Positions 9,986 to 20,566 of a stretch of DNA of 64,000 bases are shown piece by piece; positions within the stretch are counted from its first letter, which is position 1, and each line of letters starts with the position of its first letter. Source of the DNA: Myxococcota bacterium. GTDB taxonomy: Bacteria > Myxococcota_A > UBA9160 > SZUA-336. The notes under the pieces are model-generated. The model made no database searches, was not told where the DNA came from, and saw only the letters and a program-made list of their open reading frames with translations. Where the stretch lies: positions 19,549-83,548 of the forward strand of contig DATJZN010000024.1 of assembly GCA_035499075.1 (NCBI GenBank), given 5' to 3'. Position numbers and translations under genes: made by a program.

Positions 9986-12327
9986 GCGCGGTTCCGTTCC
10001 AAGAGCTGCTCAAGATCGTGGTTATCGCCGACGGCGAGAACGCTCAGGTGCGCGAGCTCTGCGCGCGCATCTCGGCCGAGGGCTATCAGCTCGAAGTGAC
10101 TGCGTCGTTCCGGCGCGACGTGCCCGAGGACGCCGCCGTGGGGGCGTACATCGCGTGGATCGACGGCGACGAGCGCCGGGCCGCGGCGCGCGCGCTGGGG
10201 CGCGCGGTGCGCGAGGCGGGCTTCCGCACGCCGCTCTGGGCGCTCGCCGACTCGCACAAGATCTCGGACCTGGGCGCGTTCGAGATGATCGGCGAGGTGC
10301 AGGGCTACATCTATCTTGGCCAGCAGACGCCGAGCTACTACGCCAGGCAGGTCGTGGCGAGCCTCGTCGAGTACGGCACGAGCCTCCTGCCGCCGTTCTT
10401 CGGCGCGCTCGTCGCGTACGACCGCGCGGCGAACATCGAGTTCGACTGCCCGGGCCACCAGGGCGGCCAGTTCTACGCGAAGTCGCCCGCCGGCCAGCTC
10501 TTCTTCAAGCACTTCGGCGAGGGCATCTTCCGCAACGACCTGTGCAACGCCGACGTGGCGCTCGGCGACCTGTTGATCCACGAGGGCCCGGCGGTGCGCG
10601 CGCAGCAGCACGCAGCGCGCGTGTTCGGCGCCGACAAGACCTACTTCGTGCTGAACGGCACGAGCACGTCGAACAAGATCGTGACCGGCGCGCTTCTGCG
10701 CCCCGGCGACCTCGTGCTGTTCGACCGCAACAACCACAAGTCGCTGCACCAGGGTGCGCTCGTGCAGGCGGGCGCGACGCCGATCTACTTGCCCACGGCG
10801 CGCAACCCGTTCGGCATGGTCGGCGCCGTCGACTGGAGCGCCTGGGACGAGAAGTATCTGCGCGAGCAGATCCGCGCGAACCCGCGCGTCGCCGACGAGC
10901 GGCGCGCCGACGCGGAGCGCCCGTTCCGGCTCGCGTGCATCCAGCTCGCGACGTACGACGGAACCGTCTACAACGCGAAGAAGGTGCTCGAGAAGATCGG
11001 CCACCTGTGCGACTACGTGCTCTGGGACGAGGCGTGGATCGGCTACAACGCGTTCCACCCGCTGTTCGCGGACCACAGCCCCATGCGCATCGAGAAGCTC
11101 GGGCCGGAGATGCCGGGGCTGTTCTCGACGCAGTCGGTGCACAAGCAGGGCGCCGGCTTCTCGCAGGCGTCGCAGATCCACAAGCGCGACGAGCACGTCC
11201 GCGGCCAGCGCCGCTACGTGGAGCACAAGCGCTTCAACGAGTCGTACCTGATCCACGCCTCGACGTCGCCGTTCTACCCGCTGTTCGCGTCGCTCGACGT
11301 CAACGCGAAGGTGCACGAGGGCAAGACCGGCGAGATGCTCTGGGACCGCTGCATCGAGCTCGGGATCGAGGTGCGCAAGAAGCTGCGCGAGATCAAGCGC
11401 CACCACGAGCAGGTCGGTCTGTCCGCGCGGGAGCAGTGGTTCTTCGACCCGTTCGTGCCCGACGTCGTGACGGTGCGAAGCTCGCCGTTCACGGCCGACG
11501 CGACCGGCGTGCCGTGGGAGGAGCTGCCGACCGAGGTGCTGAAGCGCGAGCAGCAGTGCTGGAACTTCGCGCCCGACGCGCGCTGGCACGGCTACGCGGG
11601 CTACGCCGAAGGCTACGCGATGGTCGACCCGAACAAGCTGACCTTGCTCACGCCCGGCATCGACCGCAGGACCGGCGAGTATCTCGACTTCGGCGTGCCC
11701 GCGACGGTGCTCGCGAACTACCTCCGCGAGCAGCGCATCGTGCCCGAGAAGTGCGACCTGAACAGCATCCTCTTCCTCATGACCCCCGCCGAGGACGAGA
11801 GCAAGCTCAACACGCTCGTGGCGAAGCTCGTGAAGTTCAAGGACCTGTGGGACCGCGACGCCGCGCTGGCGGAGGCGCTGCCCGGCATCTGCGCCGCGAA
11901 CCCCGACCGCTACGCCGGCTACGGGCTGCGCCAGATCTGCAGCGAGATGCACGACTTCTACCGCAAGGCGAACGTGAAGGAGCTGCAGCGGAAGTGCTTC
12001 CGCGCGGCGAGCTTCCCCGAGCAGGCGCTCTCGTCACAAGAGGCGTATCGCGCGCTCGTCGGCAACGAGGTGGACTACCTGCCGCTGGATCAGGTGCGTG
12101 GCCGCATCGCCGCGACGCTCGCGCTGATCTACCCGCCGGGCATCGGCGTCGTCGTGCCGGGCGAGCGCTGGGACGACCGCGCGCAGCCGATGCTCGACTA
12201 CTTCCTCGCGTTCCAGGAGTCGTTCAACCGCTTCCCCGGCTTCAACTACGAAGTGCAGGGCGTGTTCCAGGAGCGCGTCGACGGGCGGATCAAGTTCCAC
12301 ACGTACGTGGTGTCGGAAGCGCGCTAG
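9982..12327 (+). CDS. Orn/Lys/Arg decarboxylase, inducible large type (fold-type I, PLP-dependent), paralog 1
   Basis: The ATG overlaps the arcC stop. Contains the motifs [18 protein letters not shown] and SVHKQ (PLP-Lys region), plus an N-terminal wing domain. Length is 781 aa. The ORF in the track (8569..12327) is an N-terminal over-extension. Confidence 0.85.
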   Translation: MSAVPFQELLKIVVIADGENAQVRELCARISAEGYQLEVTASFRRDVPEDAAVGAYIAWIDGDERRAAARALGRAVREAGFRTPLWALADSHKISDLGAFEMIGEVQGYIYLGQQTPSYYARQVVASLVEYGTSLLPPFFGALVAYDRAANIEFDCPGHQGGQFYAKSPAGQLFFKHFGEGIFRNDLCNADVALGDLLIHEGPAVRAQQHAARVFGADKTYFVLNGTSTSNKIVTGALLRPGDLVLFDRNNHKSLHQGALVQAGATPIYLPTARNPFGMVGAVDWSAWDEKYLREQIRANPRVADERRADAERPFRLACIQLATYDGTVYNAKKVLEKIGHLCDYVLWDEAWIGYNAFHPLFADHSPMRIEKLGPEMPGLFSTQSVHKQGAGFSQASQIHKRDEHVRGQRRYVEHKRFNESYLIHASTSPFYPLFASLDVNAKVHEGKTGEMLWDRCIELGIEVRKKLREIKRHHEQVGLSAREQWFFDPFVPDVVTVRSSPFTADATGVPWEELPTEVLKREQQCWNFAPDARWHGYAGYAEGYAMVDPNKLTLLTPGIDRRTGEYLDFGVPATVLANYLREQRIVPEKCDLNSILFLMTPAEDESKLNTLVAKLVKFKDLWDRDAALAEALPGICAANPDRYAGYGLRQICSEMHDFYRKANVKELQRKCFRAASFPEQALSSQEAYRALVGNEVDYLPLDQVRGRIAATLALIYPPGIGVVVPGERWDDRAQPMLDYFLAFQESFNRFPGFNYEVQGVFQERVDGRIKFHTYVVSEAR

Positions 12328-14627
12328 CGCAGACACCACACGTGGTACTCGCCGTCCTTGAGCTGCGAGCCCTCGACTTCCTTCTCGAAGCCCGGGAACG
12401 CCTTGCCCCAGTCCTGCAAGGTGCGCAGGTAGCCGAGCCACGGGCCGTCCTCCGCGCCGACGTTCTCGCCGGGCATGACGATGGGAATGCCGGGCGGGTA
12501 GGGGATGACGCCGACGCCGACGGTGCGGTTCGCCATCTTGCGCAGCGGCAACAGCTCCGCGTCGCCGGCCTGCAGCTGGTGGAACGCGCGGCGCGGCGGC
12601 AGGACCGGCTTCGGCAGGTGGCCGAACGCCTGCGCCTGCCAGTGGTCCATCCGGCTCTTCTCCATGTGCGCGAAGATCTCGTCGCCCAGGTCGCGCAGGC
12701 CGAGCCCCGCGTAGCGCTCGGGCGCGAGGGACACGAGCCCGGGCAGCTCTTGCGCGAGCGGCGCGTTGCGGTCGTAGGCGCTCTTGAAGTCGAGCAGCAC
12801 GTTGATGAGCGTGGCCCACTTGCCCTTCGTGATGCCGATCGAGAAGAGCGGCAGGATCATGAAGTCGGTGGTGCGCGACGGCACGATGCCCTTTTCGCCG
12901 AGATACGCGCTCACCACGGCCGCGGGTACGCCGCGCTTCTCGAGCTTGCCGTCGTCCCCCATGCCCGGGCACACGATGCCGGCCTTGATCGGGTCGAGCA
13001 GGCAGTAGCCGTCGGGGATCCCCTCGAAGCCGTGCCACTTCTCGCCGGGGTGGAGCACCCAGCAGCTCGGCTCGTGCGCCAAGAGCTCGTGCGGCGCGTT
13101 CTCGAAGCGGTGCTTCTTCTTCGTCTTCGGGTCGGTGACGGTCGGCGCGTTCCAGGGCCAGAAGAACCACTCGCCCTTGGCGTCGAGCTCGCGGTGGCAG
13201 CGCGCGAGCGCCTGGCGGAAGCGCACCGCTTCGTCGATCACGTCCTGCGTCATGGCCTCGCCCGCGGGGCCGTCCATCATCGCTGCGCCGATCTCGTTCG
13301 ACGCGATGATCGCGTAGAGCGGCGAGGTGGTGGCCTGCATGCAGTACGACTCGTTGAAGCGGTGGTGGTCGATCGGATTGCGCCCGTTGCGCACGTGGAT
13401 GTACGACGACTGCGAGAGCGCAGCGAGCAGCTTGTGAGTCGAGTGAGTCGCGAAGACGGTCGGACCGTCCTTCGGGTGGTCGGCCGGGTCCCCGCGCATG
13501 GCGTAGCGGCCGCGGTACATCGGGTTGAAGCGCGCGTACGCGTACCACGCCTCGTCGAAGTGGATGCGGTCGACGCTGTCGTCGAGCAGCTCCTGCACGC
13601 GTTCCGCGTCGTAGCACATGCCGTCGTACGTGCAGTTCGTCACCACGGCGTACACCGGCTTCGCGTCCACGGCTTGCTTGCGCAGCGCGTGCTCCTGGAT
13701 CTTCTTCTTGATCGCCCGCGTTTCGAACTGTTGCGGCGGAATCGGGCCGATGATGCCGTAGCGGTTGCGCGTGGGCGTGAAGAACACGGGGATGCCGCCC
13801 GACAGGATCAGGCTCTGCTCGATCGACTTGTGGCAGTTGCGGTCGCACAGCGCGATCTGCCCGTCGGAGACGACGGCCCCGAAGATCGTGCGGTTCGACG
13901 CCGACGTGCCCACCAGCACGTGGTAGCTGCGGTGCGCGCCGAAGATGCGCGCCGCGTACTCCTCCGACTTCCCGATCGGGCCCGAATGGTCGAGCAGCGA
14001 GCCGAGCGCGCCGCGCTCGATGCCCGTGTCCGTGCGGAACAGGTTCTCGCCGTAGAAGTCGAACAGGATGCGCCCGACGGGCGACTTCGTGAACGCGACG
14101 CCGCCCTGGTGGCCGGGCGCCGCCCACGAGTACTCGCGCACCTCGTTGTAGCGGCCCAGCGCCTTCATGAACGGCGGCACCAGGTTGTCGAGATAGCGTC
14201 GGATCGCCGCGATCGCGCGGCCCGCGATGAGCGGCGCGGTGTCCTCGAGCATCCACACCGACTCGTCCGCGAGCTGCATGACTTCGACGGTGACGCTGTC
14301 GCGCACCGCCTGCGACGCGAGCAGGAAGATCGGGATCGCGGCGTTGCGCCGGCGGATCGTGCGCAGCAGCTCGAGCGCCTGCTCGTGCGAGTGCGAGTCG
14401 TTCTGGCCGAGGCACCAGTCGACGAAGATGCAGTCGATCGTAGCGTCCGAGACGACGACGGCGTGACCGTCGTCGTACGTCACGGCCTCGACGACCTCCA
14501 CGTCGCGCACGGCGAGCTCGTTCGCGAGCTCGCGGATGGCGCGTCCGCCCGCGGTGTCGGGGCGCGCCAGCTTGTCGTCGACGATCAAGAGCCGGCGCTT
14601 CAGGGCTTTCGAGGTGCGGCCGATCAT
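12324..14627 (-). CDS. Orn/Lys/Arg decarboxylase, inducible large type, paralog 2
   Basis: 767 aa. Contains WAAPGHQGGVAFTKSPVG and STHKLLAALSQSS. Convergent with paralog 1, with overlapping stop codons in GCTAGC. Confidence 0.85.
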   Translation of the reverse strand: MIGRTSKALKRRLLIVDDKLARPDTAGGRAIRELANELAVRDVEVVEAVTYDDGHAVVVSDATIDCIFVDWCLGQNDSHSHEQALELLRTIRRRNAAIPIFLLASQAVRDSVTVEVMQLADESVWMLEDTAPLIAGRAIAAIRRYLDNLVPPFMKALGRYNEVREYSWAAPGHQGGVAFTKSPVGRILFDFYGENLFRTDTGIERGALGSLLDHSGPIGKSEEYAARIFGAHRSYHVLVGTSASNRTIFGAVVSDGQIALCDRNCHKSIEQSLILSGGIPVFFTPTRNRYGIIGPIPPQQFETRAIKKKIQEHALRKQAVDAKPVYAVVTNCTYDGMCYDAERVQELLDDSVDRIHFDEAWYAYARFNPMYRGRYAMRGDPADHPKDGPTVFATHSTHKLLAALSQSSYIHVRNGRNPIDHHRFNESYCMQATTSPLYAIIASNEIGAAMMDGPAGEAMTQDVIDEAVRFRQALARCHRELDAKGEWFFWPWNAPTVTDPKTKKKHRFENAPHELLAHEPSCWVLHPGEKWHGFEGIPDGYCLLDPIKAGIVCPGMGDDGKLEKRGVPAAVVSAYLGEKGIVPSRTTDFMILPLFSIGITKGKWATLINVLLDFKSAYDRNAPLAQELPGLVSLAPERYAGLGLRDLGDEIFAHMEKSRMDHWQAQAFGHLPKPVLPPRRAFHQLQAGDAELLPLRKMANRTVGVGVIPYPPGIPIVMPGENVGAEDGPWLGYLRTLQDWGKAFPGFEKEVEGSQLKDGEYHVWCLR

Positions 14628-15982
14628 GCCTTCTCCTCCGAGTCACCGTGGCTCGTGCGAAGGAACACCCACACGGGCGCGGCGAGCAGCACCAGGATCA
14701 GCGACCACATGCCGGCCTCGGCGCCGGCGCCATAGATCGTGCCGAGCGAGAACACGAACGCGACCAGCGCCACCGGCGTGAACGGCCCCACCCGCAGCGC
14801 GCGCGAGATGGGCTTGCGCTGCACGAACAGCACGGCCTCCACCACCGAACAGAACACGTAGGGGATCATCGCGGCGTCGGTCGAGAGGTTGACCACGAGA
14901 TTGTAGAACGCCACGAACGCCGACGTGCCCGACGCGCTGAACAACACGAGCAAGGTCGACAGCGCCACCGAGACCGCGAGCCCCTGTGCCGCGACGCCGC
15001 GCGAGGACACGCGCGCGAAGATCGGCGGCATGGCGCCGTCTCGGGCCGCGGCCATCGGTACCTGCGAGAGCATGAGCGTCCAGCCGTTCAACGCGCCGAG
15101 CGACGAGACGATCGCCGCGAGCGCGATCACCGTCGCCGCCCACTCGCCCCACATGGCCCGTGCGGCGTCGGCGAACGGCGCCGAGGAGTGGCCCAGGGCT
15201 TCGCGCGGCAGCACGCCCATCACCACGGCCGTGCCCAGGATGTAGATCGCGGCGGAGACGAGCGTGCCGAGCACCGTCGCGCGCGGAATCGTGCGGCGCG
15301 GGTCGATCACGTCGCCCGCGGGGACCGTCGCGGACTCGATGCCGAGGAATGCGAACATGGTGAGCGGCGCCGTGGCCGCCAGCGCGGAGAGGAACGGCTC
15401 GCCCGTCGGGTTCACCGTGTCGAACGTGTGCCAGTCGACCCAGAACAGGCCGAGCGTCGAGATCGCAGCGAACGGCACGATCTTCGTGTAGGTCGTGACC
15501 GCCGCGAAGAGGCCCGCCTGCTTCACGCCGCGCATGTTGAGCAGCGCGACGCCCCACATCGCGCCGAGCGCGATCGCGATGCCGAGCGCGCGGTGGCCGC
15601 GCAGCGCGGGCACGAGCGACGCGAGATAGCCGACGAGCGCCGCCGCCATGGCGGGCAGCGAGGCCCAGATCGAGATCCAGTAGCCCCACGCGATCATGAA
15701 GCCCGCGAAGTGGCCGAAGCCCATGCGCGTGTACGCGTAAGGCCCGCCCGTCGCGGGCGCGATTCGCGCGAGCCGCGCGAACACGAGCCCGAGACACACG
15801 GCGCCCACGGCCATCACGGCCCAGCCGATCAGCGCCGTGGTGCCGTAGCGCGCGAGCGCGGCGGGCGCCACGAAGAAGCCCGAGCCCACCATGTTGCCGA
15901 TGACGAGCGCGGTCGACGTGGCGAGGCCGAGGCTCTGCCCGCCGGTGTCGCTCGTAGCAGCCGTGTCGGAAGCCGTCGCCAT
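14624..15982 (-). CDS. APC-family amino-acid/polyamine antiporter (AdiC/ArcD-like)
   Basis: Motifs IGNMVGSGFFVAPAALA, GGPYAYTRMGFGHFAGF and GWTLMLSQVPMAAARDGAMPPIFARV match AdiC-type arginine:agmatine antiporters. 452 aa with about 12 transmembrane segments. Confidence 0.8.
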   Translation of the reverse strand: MATASDTAATSDTGGQSLGLATSTALVIGNMVGSGFFVAPAALARYGTTALIGWAVMAVGAVCLGLVFARLARIAPATGGPYAYTRMGFGHFAGFMIAWGYWISIWASLPAMAAALVGYLASLVPALRGHRALGIAIALGAMWGVALLNMRGVKQAGLFAAVTTYTKIVPFAAISTLGLFWVDWHTFDTVNPTGEPFLSALAATAPLTMFAFLGIESATVPAGDVIDPRRTIPRATVLGTLVSAAIYILGTAVVMGVLPREALGHSSAPFADAARAMWGEWAATVIALAAIVSSLGALNGWTLMLSQVPMAAARDGAMPPIFARVSSRGVAAQGLAVSVALSTLLVLFSASGTSAFVAFYNLVVNLSTDAAMIPYVFCSVVEAVLFVQRKPISRALRVGPFTPVALVAFVFSLGTIYGAGAEAGMWSLILVLLAAPVWVFLRTSHGDSEEKA

Positions 15983-18229
15983 TCAGTCGGGCAGTGCGGC
16001 GTACTTGAAGAACGCCTGGGTCGCGTCGTCGGGCTCGCCGAAGTACTGCGTGTAGGTGTTGTAGATCTTCCCCGAGCGGTAGAGCTTGGACAGCGTGCGG
16101 TCGACCACGAGCCGGAAGTCGTCGTCGCCGCGCGCCGACACCAGCGCGATCGGCTCGTACGTGTATTGCCGGTCGAGCACGATCAGGTCGCCGGGGTGGT
16201 CGCTGTGCACCGCGGTGTCGAGCAGGATCGCGCGGTCGCCGAAGAACACGTCCGATTTCCTGCTCGTGACTCGCTCTACGCCTTCCTTGTAGGTGGCCAC
16301 GTTCGCGATCTCGGCGTCGACCTCGAACTGCGCGCGCTTCTTCGCGAGCCAGTCCTCGGCGGTCGTGCCGACCTGCGCGGAGAGCACGCGCTTGTCGAGC
16401 ACCTGCGCCAGGTTCGCGCGCCAGCGCGGCGAGTACGGCGGCTCGCGGCCGGACAGCACGGCCTTCAGGCGCTCGGGCGCATCGTGGCGGAGCAGCGCGC
16501 CGATGCCGCCGGGGAAGATGGGGATGGAGAACGCGACCTTCTCGCGGCGCTCGAGCGTCGCGGTCGAGGCGCCGCACAGGAGATCGATCTTGCCGGCGGC
16601 CACGTCGTCGAAGCGGTCGGTCGCGTCGACCGCGACCGTCTCGATCGCCAGGTCGGCGAGGCCGAGCTCGGCCTTCACGGCGTCCCCGATCAGCTTGCAC
16701 AGCGCGACGGAGTAGCCCGCCGGATTCCCCGACGCGTCCTGGTACGAGAACGGCCGCGCGTCGGTGCGGTGGCCGAGCCGCAGCTTGCCCGTCTCCTTGA
16801 TGCGGTCGAGGGTGCCGGCGTGCGCGGTGCCGGGCGCGGCGAGTGCGAGACCGAGCAGCGCGAGCGCGAGCGCCGCTGCTTGCGCCGCGGGCGCGGCCCG
16901 CCCCGCGGCCTTGTTCAGCTCGAACCGCGGCGCGAGGAAGCCGAAGATGACGAAGCCGAGCGCCATCACGATCGTGCCGCCGAGCACCGCGCTCGAGCCC
17001 GAGGCGTAGATCGCATACGTGCTGTAGAGCATCGCGACGACCGCGACGGCGACGTTGCGCCGGTACGCACCCGGCGCGACGCCCGCCTTCTGCATCATCA
17101 CGATCAGCGCCGACAGCGCGATGATGTACGGCACCACGTTCGTCACGACGGCCAGGTTCACGAGCACGCTGAACTGCTCGGAGAGCGACGGCGAGACGGT
17201 CGAGAGCGCCATCAGTGACTGCACCACGCCCATCACGATCATGCCGATGACCGGCGCGTCGCTCTTCGTGACCTGCGAGAAGAAGGACGGGAACATCCGG
17301 TCCTCGGCCGCCGACTTCGCGGTCTGCGCGATCGTGAACTGCCAGCCCAGGAGCGACCCCAGGCACGCCATGATCGCGAGCGCCATGATGATCGAGCCGA
17401 CCGCCGGGCTGAACATCTTCGCGTACACGAGCCCGAACGGGCCCGTCGACTTGGCGAGCTCCTCGTTCGGCACGATGCCCTGGATGACCGTCGTGGAGAG
17501 CACGTAGATCACCGCCGCGCCCAGCGTGCCGAGCATGCACGCGAGCGGCACGTTCCGCTTCGGGTTCTCGACGGCGGACGAGTTCTGCGCGGCCGACTCC
17601 ATGCCGAGGAACGCCCACAAGGTCAGCGCGATGCTCGAGCCGACGCCCGCGAGCGGCGTCATGCCCTTCGGGTTCCACGCCGCGGAGAACGTCGCCCCGC
17701 TGAACCAGAACCAGCCGATGAGCGACAGGCCGGCGACGGGGATGATGACGCCCCAGACGGTGATCGCGCCGAGGCGGCCCGTCACTTTCGGCCCGCCGAA
17801 GTTCGCGATCGTCGTGAGCCAGATGAGCCCGATCACGCTCGCGCACGTGGCCATGGGCGTGGCCGACATGCCGGGGAAGAAGGTGGCGAGATAGCCGACG
17901 GCCGAAATGGCGATCGCCACGTTCCCGATCGCGAGCGAGAAGAAGTACAGGTAGAACACCATGAAGAAGCCGGACTTCCCGTACGCCTCTTCGGCGTAGG
18001 CCGACATGCCGCCCGCGCGCTGGTTCAGCACGCCGGCCTGCGCGAAGCCGTAGGCGATCGCCATGGAGCCGACGGCGGTGACGCCCCACGAGAGCAGCGA
18101 GATCGCGCCCACTTGAGCCATGTTGGTCGGCAGCATGATGATGCCCGAGCCCATCATGTTGACGGCCACGATCACCGTCAGCTGGATGAGGCTCATCTTC
18201 TTCGTCTCAGCCATGGTGTCTCCCCTCAC
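15983..18229 (-). CDS. PotE/CadB-like APC antiporter fused to a C-terminal periplasmic solute-binding (PBP type 2, LAO-like) domain
   Basis: The N-terminal ~440 aa align closely with the E. coli PotE layout: LIQLTVIVAVNMMGSGIIMLPT, GWQFTIAQT and ends PRFELNK. A signal-peptide-like hydrophobic segment AAALALALLGLALAAPGTAHAG follows, then an SBP domain (LRLGHRTDARPFSYQD...). No stop codon lies between the two parts. An alternative start is at MAETKK, around 18214. Confidence 0.7.
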   Translation of the reverse strand: MRGDTMAETKKMSLIQLTVIVAVNMMGSGIIMLPTNMAQVGAISLLSWGVTAVGSMAIAYGFAQAGVLNQRAGGMSAYAEEAYGKSGFFMVFYLYFFSLAIGNVAIAISAVGYLATFFPGMSATPMATCASVIGLIWLTTIANFGGPKVTGRLGAITVWGVIIPVAGLSLIGWFWFSGATFSAAWNPKGMTPLAGVGSSIALTLWAFLGMESAAQNSSAVENPKRNVPLACMLGTLGAAVIYVLSTTVIQGIVPNEELAKSTGPFGLVYAKMFSPAVGSIIMALAIMACLGSLLGWQFTIAQTAKSAAEDRMFPSFFSQVTKSDAPVIGMIVMGVVQSLMALSTVSPSLSEQFSVLVNLAVVTNVVPYIIALSALIVMMQKAGVAPGAYRRNVAVAVVAMLYSTYAIYASGSSAVLGGTIVMALGFVIFGFLAPRFELNKAAGRAAPAAQAAALALALLGLALAAPGTAHAGTLDRIKETGKLRLGHRTDARPFSYQDASGNPAGYSVALCKLIGDAVKAELGLADLAIETVAVDATDRFDDVAAGKIDLLCGASTATLERREKVAFSIPIFPGGIGALLRHDAPERLKAVLSGREPPYSPRWRANLAQVLDKRVLSAQVGTTAEDWLAKKRAQFEVDAEIANVATYKEGVERVTSRKSDVFFGDRAILLDTAVHSDHPGDLIVLDRQYTYEPIALVSARGDDDFRLVVDRTLSKLYRSGKIYNTYTQYFGEPDDATQAFFKYAALPD

Positions 18230-18248
18230 TGACTCGTGAACGAATCAC

Positions 18249-20558
18249 TTACTCGCGGAGGCAATACAGCGCGTAGTACGGACGGCCGTCCTTGTCGGTC
18301 TTCACCTCGACGCCGTGCGTGTCGTGGCCGAAGCCGGGGAACCGCGCGTCGAAGGCCTCGAGCCCGAGCAGGAAGTCTCCCACCGCCCGCGTCGCCGGGC
18401 CGAAGCGCTCGCCCGGCATGAGCAGCGGGATGCCAGGCGGGTAGGGCACCACCTGCACCGCGAGCGTGCGGCCTTCGAGCTTGGCGGCGGGCACCTGCTC
18501 CACCTGGCGGTGCACGAGGCGCGCGAACGTGTCGCGCGGCGACAGCACGGGCTCGGGCAGGTTGCTGAACGCGCCGTCGAGGCTCTCGAGGACCTTGTGC
18601 TCGACGATCGCGGCGTGCTGCTCGGCGGCGAGCTCGCGCAGGCCGAGCTTCCCATAGCGCTCCGGGTAGTCGTCCACGAGCCCGGGCAGCACGCGTGCGA
18701 GCGGCGCGTTCGCGTCGTAGAGCTCCTTGAAGCGCATGAGCGCGGCGACGAGCGAGCCCCATTTGCCGCGCGTGATGCCGACGGAGAACAGCGCCAGGAA
18801 CGAGTACGGCTCGGTCTTCTCGACCACGATGCCTTGCGTGCCGAGGAACGCGGTGACGAGCGAGGCGGGAATGCCTTCCTTCGTCGGCTTGCCGTCGCGC
18901 CCGATGCCCGGCGTGAGCGTGGTGACCTTGATCGGGTCGAGCATGCAGTAGCGCGCGCCCAGGTCGCCGAAGCCGTGCCAGGCCTGGCCGGGCTTCAGGA
19001 TCCAGGCCTCGGGCGACGTCGCGAGGAAGTCGGCGTCGGCCTCGAGGAACGGCTTGCCGCCGGCTTCCTCGGCCTGCCAGCTCGCGAACCACCAGTCGCC
19101 CGACTTGCGGCGGTCGAGGTCCTTGCCGATGCGCAGCATCGCCTTGCGAAAGTCGATCGCCTCGCGGATGCACTCGTCGGTCAGCGCGGGGCCCGCGTCG
19201 GCCATCATCTTCGCGGACACGTCGGTCGACGCGATGATCGAGTACTGCGGCGAGGTCGAGGTGTGCATCATGAACGCCTCGTTGAAGAGCGCCGGCTCGA
19301 CGGGGATGCGGCCCTCGCGGATGTGGATCATCGACGCCTGCGAGAGCGCCGCGAGCAGCTTGTGAGTCGAGTGAGTCACCGTCACGGTCGCGTCTTTGGG
19401 CGAGCGCGCGCCGCGGTGCATGCCGTAGCGGCCCTCGTAGATCGGGTTGAAGCGCGCGTACGCGTACCACGCCTCGTCGTAGTGGATGCGGTCGACGCTC
19501 GCCGAGAATGCGCGGGTGGTGTGCTCCACGTCGTAGCAGAGCCCGTCGTAGGTGGAGTTGGTGAGCACCGCGAGCACGGGCTTGCCCTTGGCGCCGCGCG
19601 CGAGCGGGCTCTCGGCGACCTTGCGGCGCAGCATCTCGGGCTCGATCTCGCTCGAGGGCACGGGACCGATGACGCCGCGCGCGTTGCGCCGCGGGCGCAG
19701 GTAGACCGGGATCGCGCCGCTCATGTTGAGCGCGTAGTTGAGCGACTTGTGGCAATTGCGGTCGACGAACACGATGTCGCCGTCCGCGACGGCCGAGTGC
19801 AGGATGATCTCGTTCGACGCGGAGCTGCCGCCAACGGAGAAGAACGTGTGGTCGGCGCCGAACACGCGCGCGGCGAAGCGCTCCGCGGCGGCGATGGGGC
19901 CGGAGTGGTCGTTCAGCGAGCCGAGCGAGCCCACCGACACCGACAGATCCGAGCGCAGCATCTGCTCGCCGTAGAAGCCCAGGAACGCGCGCCCGACGGC
20001 GGTCTTCATGAACGCCGTGCCGCCGGTGTGACCCGGCGTGTGCCACGAGTACTCGTGCGTGTCGGCGAAGTTCGCGAGCTCGCCGAAGAACGGCGGCAGC
20101 ACCGTGTCGAGATACCGCTTGGCGGCGGCTTCGATTCGCCCCGCGATGAAGCTCGCGCTGTCCTCGGGCACCCAGATGTAGCCCTCGACCTGCTCCACGA
20201 TCTCGAGCGGCACCTGGCGCGTGGCCGCGCGGCTGGCGCCGATCAGCACCGGCAGGTTCGCGGCCTGGCGGCGGATGCGGGCGAGGATGCGCTTCGTCTG
20301 CTCGACGGCGGCGTCGTCCGCGGCCGCCAGGCCCCAGGCCAGCACCACGCACGAGAGCGCAGGGTGCGACTCGATCGCTGCTTCGGCGTCGGCGAGGCTG
20401 TTCGCGGCGAGCACCGGCCGGCCGAGCGCGCGCAGCGCGTCGACGATCTCCGCGGCGCTGCGCGCGACCGCCGAGTCCTCCGGCCCCCGTGCGCCGACGA
20501 CCAGCACGGGGAAGTTCGAGGCGAGTGCAGCCGGCATGGGCGTCGTGGTGTGGGGCAT
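18249..20558 (-). CDS. Orn/Lys/Arg decarboxylase, inducible large type, paralog 3
   Basis: Contains WHTPGHTGGTAFMKTAVG and THSTHKLLAALSQAS. 769 aa from MPHTTTPMPAAL. The ORF in the track extends spuriously upstream to 21533. Confidence 0.85.
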   Translation of the reverse strand: MPHTTTPMPAALASNFPVLVVGARGPEDSAVARSAAEIVDALRALGRPVLAANSLADAEAAIESHPALSCVVLAWGLAAADDAAVEQTKRILARIRRQAANLPVLIGASRAATRQVPLEIVEQVEGYIWVPEDSASFIAGRIEAAAKRYLDTVLPPFFGELANFADTHEYSWHTPGHTGGTAFMKTAVGRAFLGFYGEQMLRSDLSVSVGSLGSLNDHSGPIAAAERFAARVFGADHTFFSVGGSSASNEIILHSAVADGDIVFVDRNCHKSLNYALNMSGAIPVYLRPRRNARGVIGPVPSSEIEPEMLRRKVAESPLARGAKGKPVLAVLTNSTYDGLCYDVEHTTRAFSASVDRIHYDEAWYAYARFNPIYEGRYGMHRGARSPKDATVTVTHSTHKLLAALSQASMIHIREGRIPVEPALFNEAFMMHTSTSPQYSIIASTDVSAKMMADAGPALTDECIREAIDFRKAMLRIGKDLDRRKSGDWWFASWQAEEAGGKPFLEADADFLATSPEAWILKPGQAWHGFGDLGARYCMLDPIKVTTLTPGIGRDGKPTKEGIPASLVTAFLGTQGIVVEKTEPYSFLALFSVGITRGKWGSLVAALMRFKELYDANAPLARVLPGLVDDYPERYGKLGLRELAAEQHAAIVEHKVLESLDGAFSNLPEPVLSPRDTFARLVHRQVEQVPAAKLEGRTLAVQVVPYPPGIPLLMPGERFGPATRAVGDFLLGLEAFDARFPGFGHDTHGVEVKTDKDGRPYYALYCLRE

Positions 20559-20566
20559 GGCGATTC

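Noticed and set aside
8569-12327. 1252-aa plus-strand ORF that looks like a fusion across arcB/arcC/decarboxylase.
   Set aside because: Only the last 781 codons, from the ATG at 9982, match the decarboxylase family. The upstream part is the out-of-frame antisense/overlap of arcB and arcC. The same applies to the N-terminal extensions of the ORFs containing tssF, tssG, tssK, tssM, the PAAR-toxin and arcA.
14643-18089. 1148-aa minus-strand ORF and similar very long Arg/Ala/Gly-rich ORFs (for example 18226..20352, 27868..29814, 31613..32599, 35867..37246, 38478..40547, 47856..49829, 49865..53629).
   Set aside because: These are alternate-frame or antisense translations of real genes (the APC transporters, decarboxylases and T6SS genes). 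Their composition, dominated by R/A/G/P, is typical of out-of-frame reading in ~70% GC DNA. The true genes in the other frame carry clear family motifs.
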